This document shows positions 59,202 to 64,000 of a DNA stretch of 64,000 bases, piece after piece. The position numbers were made by a program, and so were the translations under genes. Origin of the DNA: Eledone cirrhosa (lineage: Eukaryota); assembly GCA_964016885.1 (NCBI GenBank), contig OZ024741.1:139934001-139998000 (forward strand), read 5' to 3'. Numbering within the stretch: the first letter of the stretch is position 1; each line of letters begins with the position of its first letter. The notes beneath the pieces are model-generated. The model was not told the DNA's origin, did not search any database, and saw nothing but the letters and a program-made list of their open reading frames with translations.

Positions 59202-60511
59202 TTAATTTCTTGTTATATAGTATTTTTCGGAACAGCGTCTCTATTAATAAAAGAATCACCAACATTTGTGGTTTTAGTACGAAAAATGAATATGTTTATT
59301 TCTAACGTGAAATGAGAAACAAGAAATATTCTGATCAAGAGAGAAATATGCGTTAAATTGAAATTAACACATTATTTTCGTGATAATTTTTCAACAATAT
59401 ACACTTTTAAAGACGGTTTCATTTAATTTAATGATACATTACCAATTTGAATTCATTACACAAAAACACGATCGTATATTTCCTCAAAGAGGATATTTGT
59501 TTATTTACACTTTATTAACTGAGCATGAAAACAAAATACGTTGGGTTTTATTACAATGTGTATACATGAAATAAAGGTAATTTTATATCAATATTTGTTA
59601 TAATATCATATAGGAAGTGTTTGGGTACCAGAAATGTATGTACGTTGTAGAAAATGCCATATGGTGATCAATTATGTCTCTTTGGTTAATGAATTGAAAC
59701 CGTCCGAGGTCAACTTTGCCTTCATCCGTTCGTGTTCGATAAAACAATGTAAAAATGAAGTACAGGAGTCGAGATAACCGATTCAACTCTCCCCTCAAAA
59801 TGGTTGGCATTGCACTCGAATTAGATAATATAAATGTTAATTTATATTTTGCCATCAGTTTTCAGTTAGCAACGAGTGTTTGTTCGAACGTAAGTGATGC
59901 AAGTAAAATAAATCATTTATATCCGTGAATACGAAAAAGTTAAGAAATATATACACAGCGGGTAACTCTACGAATGCCATCATCTAATTTCAATATCATT
60001 ACAATATATAACATTCTATCAATGACGGACTTGCTAGGCATATGATCACATGGACTTGTACACATTGAAATATATTTTGAGGATGTGAGAAGTTTACTGA
60101 CACATGGATGTAGATCTATAATCACGGTGGTCACGTGCGCCAGGAATGAAAATTGAACACATATATTCTTCTTCTTCTTCTTCCTCTTCTTAGACCGAAT
60201 ACAGAGAATTCCTTGATGAAATCCTTTCAGCGTTAGATGTAAAGATTGAGAGATATTTTCATTTCAAATTTTATATATGTATATATATTTATATATCTAT
60301 ATTTAAACATATACATCTAAATGTATATTCTAATGACCCAAATCACTGACTATTGAGCTATTTCTCAAGCATAATATAATCTCCGCTGGTATGCAACTCA
60401 GAAAATAGATTTTACACTCTACTTACGCATATTGATTGCTTATTCATTTAATGTAAGTAGTGTGGTACTTATATAATCATTCTAATGTAAAAATACCCTC
60501 CACACATATAT

Positions 60512-60752
60512 CCGGAGAGCTCAATTTGCTGGCCACTGTCACCGTGCCAGCAATGAAATCATATCCGCTCTCTTACTCTGGAACCCTGACTCCAGCCTAA
60601 CTAGGAGTAGGAAGCTGTCATTCCCTGACGTTATCTCTAGGGATACGGGAATCAGTAGACAGGACCTGGGGCAGCGATGGGGGACAGGGAATTCTGGGGC
60701 ATGAGAGTGAGATCCATCATCTCGACAGTAGTCGACGAATGATGATGATGAT
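60512..60752 (+). mobile_element. 3' end of a second RTE-clade LINE with (GAT)n tail
   Basis: Translates RRAQFAGHCHRASNEIISALLLWNPDSSLTRSRKLSFPDVISRDTG...AMGDREFW..., homologous to the C-terminus of the 15.5-kb RTE. Ends TGATGATGATGAT. Confidence 0.8.
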
Positions 60753-60898
60753 ATATTAGTTATCAGATTCTAACATGATTTTTATGAGAATATACACATT
60801 TCTACATATATATGTGTGTATGTGTGTGTGTATGTATGTGTATGTGTGTGTATTTGCGGGGGGCGGGGGTGAGAGAGAGAGAGGGGTAGAGAGAGAGA

Positions 60899-61011
<113 letters not shown>

Positions 61012-61716
61012 TGTGTTTCTGCATGTACTATCCATTTATTAACGATAATTTACAGTTGCGTAGTCCAGTGAAAATTAACTCATTGAAGTATGCTCCAAAT
61101 ACTTGATCTGACCGCAACTACCTATATATTGATTTTAAATCAGAAAACCCACAGGTATACTATACTGTGAGTTGCAAATCGTCAGACCCTCCAAAAACAT
61201 GATTTGCTGTATTTGTTTCGGCTCATTGTTCACCGAGTTCCGATTCTTTTTACATAGAGCACTAATCCTGGAACTGCCTTCGATGTTTATATCAATTTGT
61301 CTCTCTCACTTTCCTCCTATCTTAAGTAAATCGGATGTGTTCTGACCTAGAACGGGATGAGCGACCCCCATTTGTAAGTCTACAACACGGCGCGTCTACA
61401 ATTCAAAAAAGAGTTACGAGCCTATACCTGGATGGAATTATTATCGCGAGGACAATTTCTAAACTACTCGCTTGTGCATTGTAATCAAAATTTCATTGAG
61501 AAGACATAATATTTCCGGTAGATAATTATAACCATATAAATCTCTAGTTTTTAATATTATGTTCAATGCTCAAATATTTGCCCTCGATTATGTGGTTTCT
61601 AAAATGTTGAAGATTCAATGTCAGCATCTACATTATTTCTCTACGATTATTATTAGATCATTATTCAACTATATATATATGTATATATATTTTTTATTCC
61701 TTCTCTTACATTGTAG

Positions 61717-61916
61717 GGGTAACCACAATTCTAAGTCTAGCAGCAATTGGTATGACTGTCCGTGAAGGTCTTCCAAGAGTACCCTATTCCACAGCACTTG
61801 ATATATTTCTCAACATGTGCCTTGTATACAATCTCTCGGCCCTAATCGAATATGCGGGTGTTAACTACTTCACTAAAACTGGCCCAGGAAGTCCTCCGGA
61901 AAATGAAGAGGACGAG
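61717..61916 (+). CDS. Next exon of the same Cys-loop channel: TM2, TM2-TM3 loop, TM3, start of intracellular loop
   Basis: Pyrimidine tract + TAG acceptor (61714-61716) and GTGAG donor at 61917. GG completes the split Gly codon from 7802. Translation: (G)VTTILSLAAIGMTVREGLPRVPYSTALDIFLNMCLVYNLSALIEYAGVNYFTKTGPGSPPENEEDE (LP.V.Y..A.D and SAL.E.A.VNY motifs). Confidence 0.95.
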
Positions 61917-63680
61917 GTGAGCAATATAAATGATACAAACTGTTATTTTAAAATAATTTTATATTATTTAATTGTGTTTTGCTGTTGCTGATATAATATT
62001 TTTTCTATATCTTTGTTTGAGGATCTTCAACACAACGCTGCCGAAACATTATGAAACTTTATTCTGTGGGTTTACTCCTGCATGGATATATATTACATTT
62101 GTCTACTGATTGATGAAAATGTTAAACCAAACATTTTATTATAGATTAACATTGGCCATGAAAATAATGCAATTCTTGTTATATTATGTCATAAACGATT
62201 ATTCAAAATTGAAAAATGTCAAATACTTTGATTAGAGGTTTCTTCCATCAGAGCTGAACTGTTTCAAAACCTTAACAGAAATATATGTGGAATGGAGAAT
62301 TTAGTTATAATGTGTGAATGCTTTCAAGTTAAGTAAATTGAAAAACAACGTGGCCCATAAAATTTATATGAAATATAACTCGAGTAACATCGACATATAT
62401 TACTTAGAATGGAACTGATTTTCATTGGTTTGGACAGCCTGCTCCTAAACCTAATGTACAAGGGCTAAGCATTCCATAGACACATGTACGTTTAACGTAG
62501 TTCTCAGAGAGATTTAGCATAATACAATGCGAGAAAAAGCTGAAAATTTGAATTACGGATACAAATAATTTTCTCACATCTGAGCAGGTTAGAAAAATGT
62601 GTAATGAAGTTTCTTCCTGAAAGACAAAATAAGCCATTGGAAATCGAAATGACAATTTTACAAACGTGACACGTACACCCTACGCACTAAGCCACACAAA
62701 TCCACTAACGCGTTATTGACAGAAAATTTCCGCTAACACGTGTATTATTAATACGATTCTCAGCGGGATTCAATGACACACAGTAAGAGATAAAGTGATT
62801 CATTTGAACTACAGGAATAACGTGTTTTGTACTGGATTATTGTACTAGAACAACGTGAATTAGTCTTGCTAAAGGACGAAACACGCCGCAGGTTTATCGA
62901 TCTCACAATCGTATGATTGTCAGCCGAACACACAAACCAATCAGCCACGCCTCTTCAAGGAATATATAATAGTAGTAATACGCTTCAAAATTAATCTTAG
63001 GTAATATATCCGTGATTCGAGACAACTTAAATTTATGAGTCCTTATTATATTATAAAAAGAAAAGAGGCGTATTCAAATTAATCATAGTTTTATTTTCAT
63101 TGAATTTTATATAGTTTTGGGCGAATAAGGAAATTTTATTTTTCAATTATACCATATAAATATATAAATCTAATTATTTCACTTAAGAAACAAACAGTTG
63201 TGAAATTAGCTATAAATATTCAGTATCTTGAGAAAAATTACATTAAAGCATAGCGTGCCGAAACTTGGAAAATGCAGAATTTACTTATGATCCCATACAT
63301 AATCATTAAATTCTTCGTGACGCAGACGATTATTACATTTAAAAGGAAAAAGCACATGTAAAATATATAAAATAACACATATTTTATTCGGTGACAATCA
63401 TTGTTTGCTGCAATAGAGGTATAAAGGATTAGGGAAAAGAAAATAATGAATTAGCATTGTTTAAATTGTTAGGTTTATGTTTTGCGCTTGATTTAATTAA
63501 AAAGAACAGTGTAAAATTTGGAATGGAAATAACTTACTACAAAATATATATTGAAATATGAATAGTATATGTATCTTCTCCCCCCCCCCCACCTCTCTTT
63601 CCCCCTCTCTCTCTCTCTGACACTCTCTCTCCCTCTTTCACTCTTTATCTCTGTATCAATCAACACCAACCTCTCTCTCC

Positions 63681-63722
<42 letters not shown>

Positions 63723-63726
<4 letters not shown>

Positions 63727-63899
63727 GTTTCTACTTTTGGCACGAGGCCAGCAATTACCCAGTGCATTACTGGTACTTTATTTTATCGACCCCGTAAGGA
63801 TGAAAGGTAAAGTCAACCTCGGCGGGATTTGAACTCAGACCGTAAAGGGACGTAACTACGCCGGAAAGCATGGCGTCCGACTCTCTACCGATACTGCCA
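63723..63899 (-). mobile_element. tRNA-derived SINE
   Basis: Reverse complement of the SINE consensus, next to (TA)n. Confidence 0.85.
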
Positions 63900-64000
63900 G
63901 AGAGAAATTGATATAAAGAGAGAGAAAATGTGTGGGTACTAAGAGGAAGAATGTAATCAGCTTGTAATGTGGGAGTTAGTAGTGTTGAGTTTAATCAAAC

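Overview
Repeat-saturated, AT-rich eukaryotic genomic DNA. It is most likely a cephalopod (Octopus-like), an inference from the SINE type and the very dense (TA)n/(CA)n microsatellites. The only host gene I can support is a + strand Cys-loop ligand-gated anion-channel subunit (GABA-A/glycine-receptor-like). Two of its exons are present (7650-7802 and 61717-61916) and join in frame across a ~53.9-kb GT-AG intron. The rest is transposon debris: Penelope-like (Naiad-type) RT and GIY-YIG fragments, a young RTE LINE with a 12-bp TSD, a second RTE 3' end, tRNA-derived SINEs (two tandem arrays in opposite orientation), a non-autonomous Helitron and a ~610-bp (CATA)n-tailed retroposon. The most striking unannotated signal is ~19 minimal type-I hammerhead ribozyme motifs from ~12 unrelated sequence families. 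Most have a palindromic loop 3, several are followed by AATAAA, and they lie in short fold-back or solo elements, mostly inserted in (TA)n tracts. Two families carry a compensatory U3:A8 core in place of C3:G8. One locus has tandem same-strand ribozymes, a retrozyme-like architecture. Nearly all ORFs in the supplied track are microsatellite artefacts. Exon, TSD and ribozyme coordinates were read by eye, and repeat boundaries are approximate.
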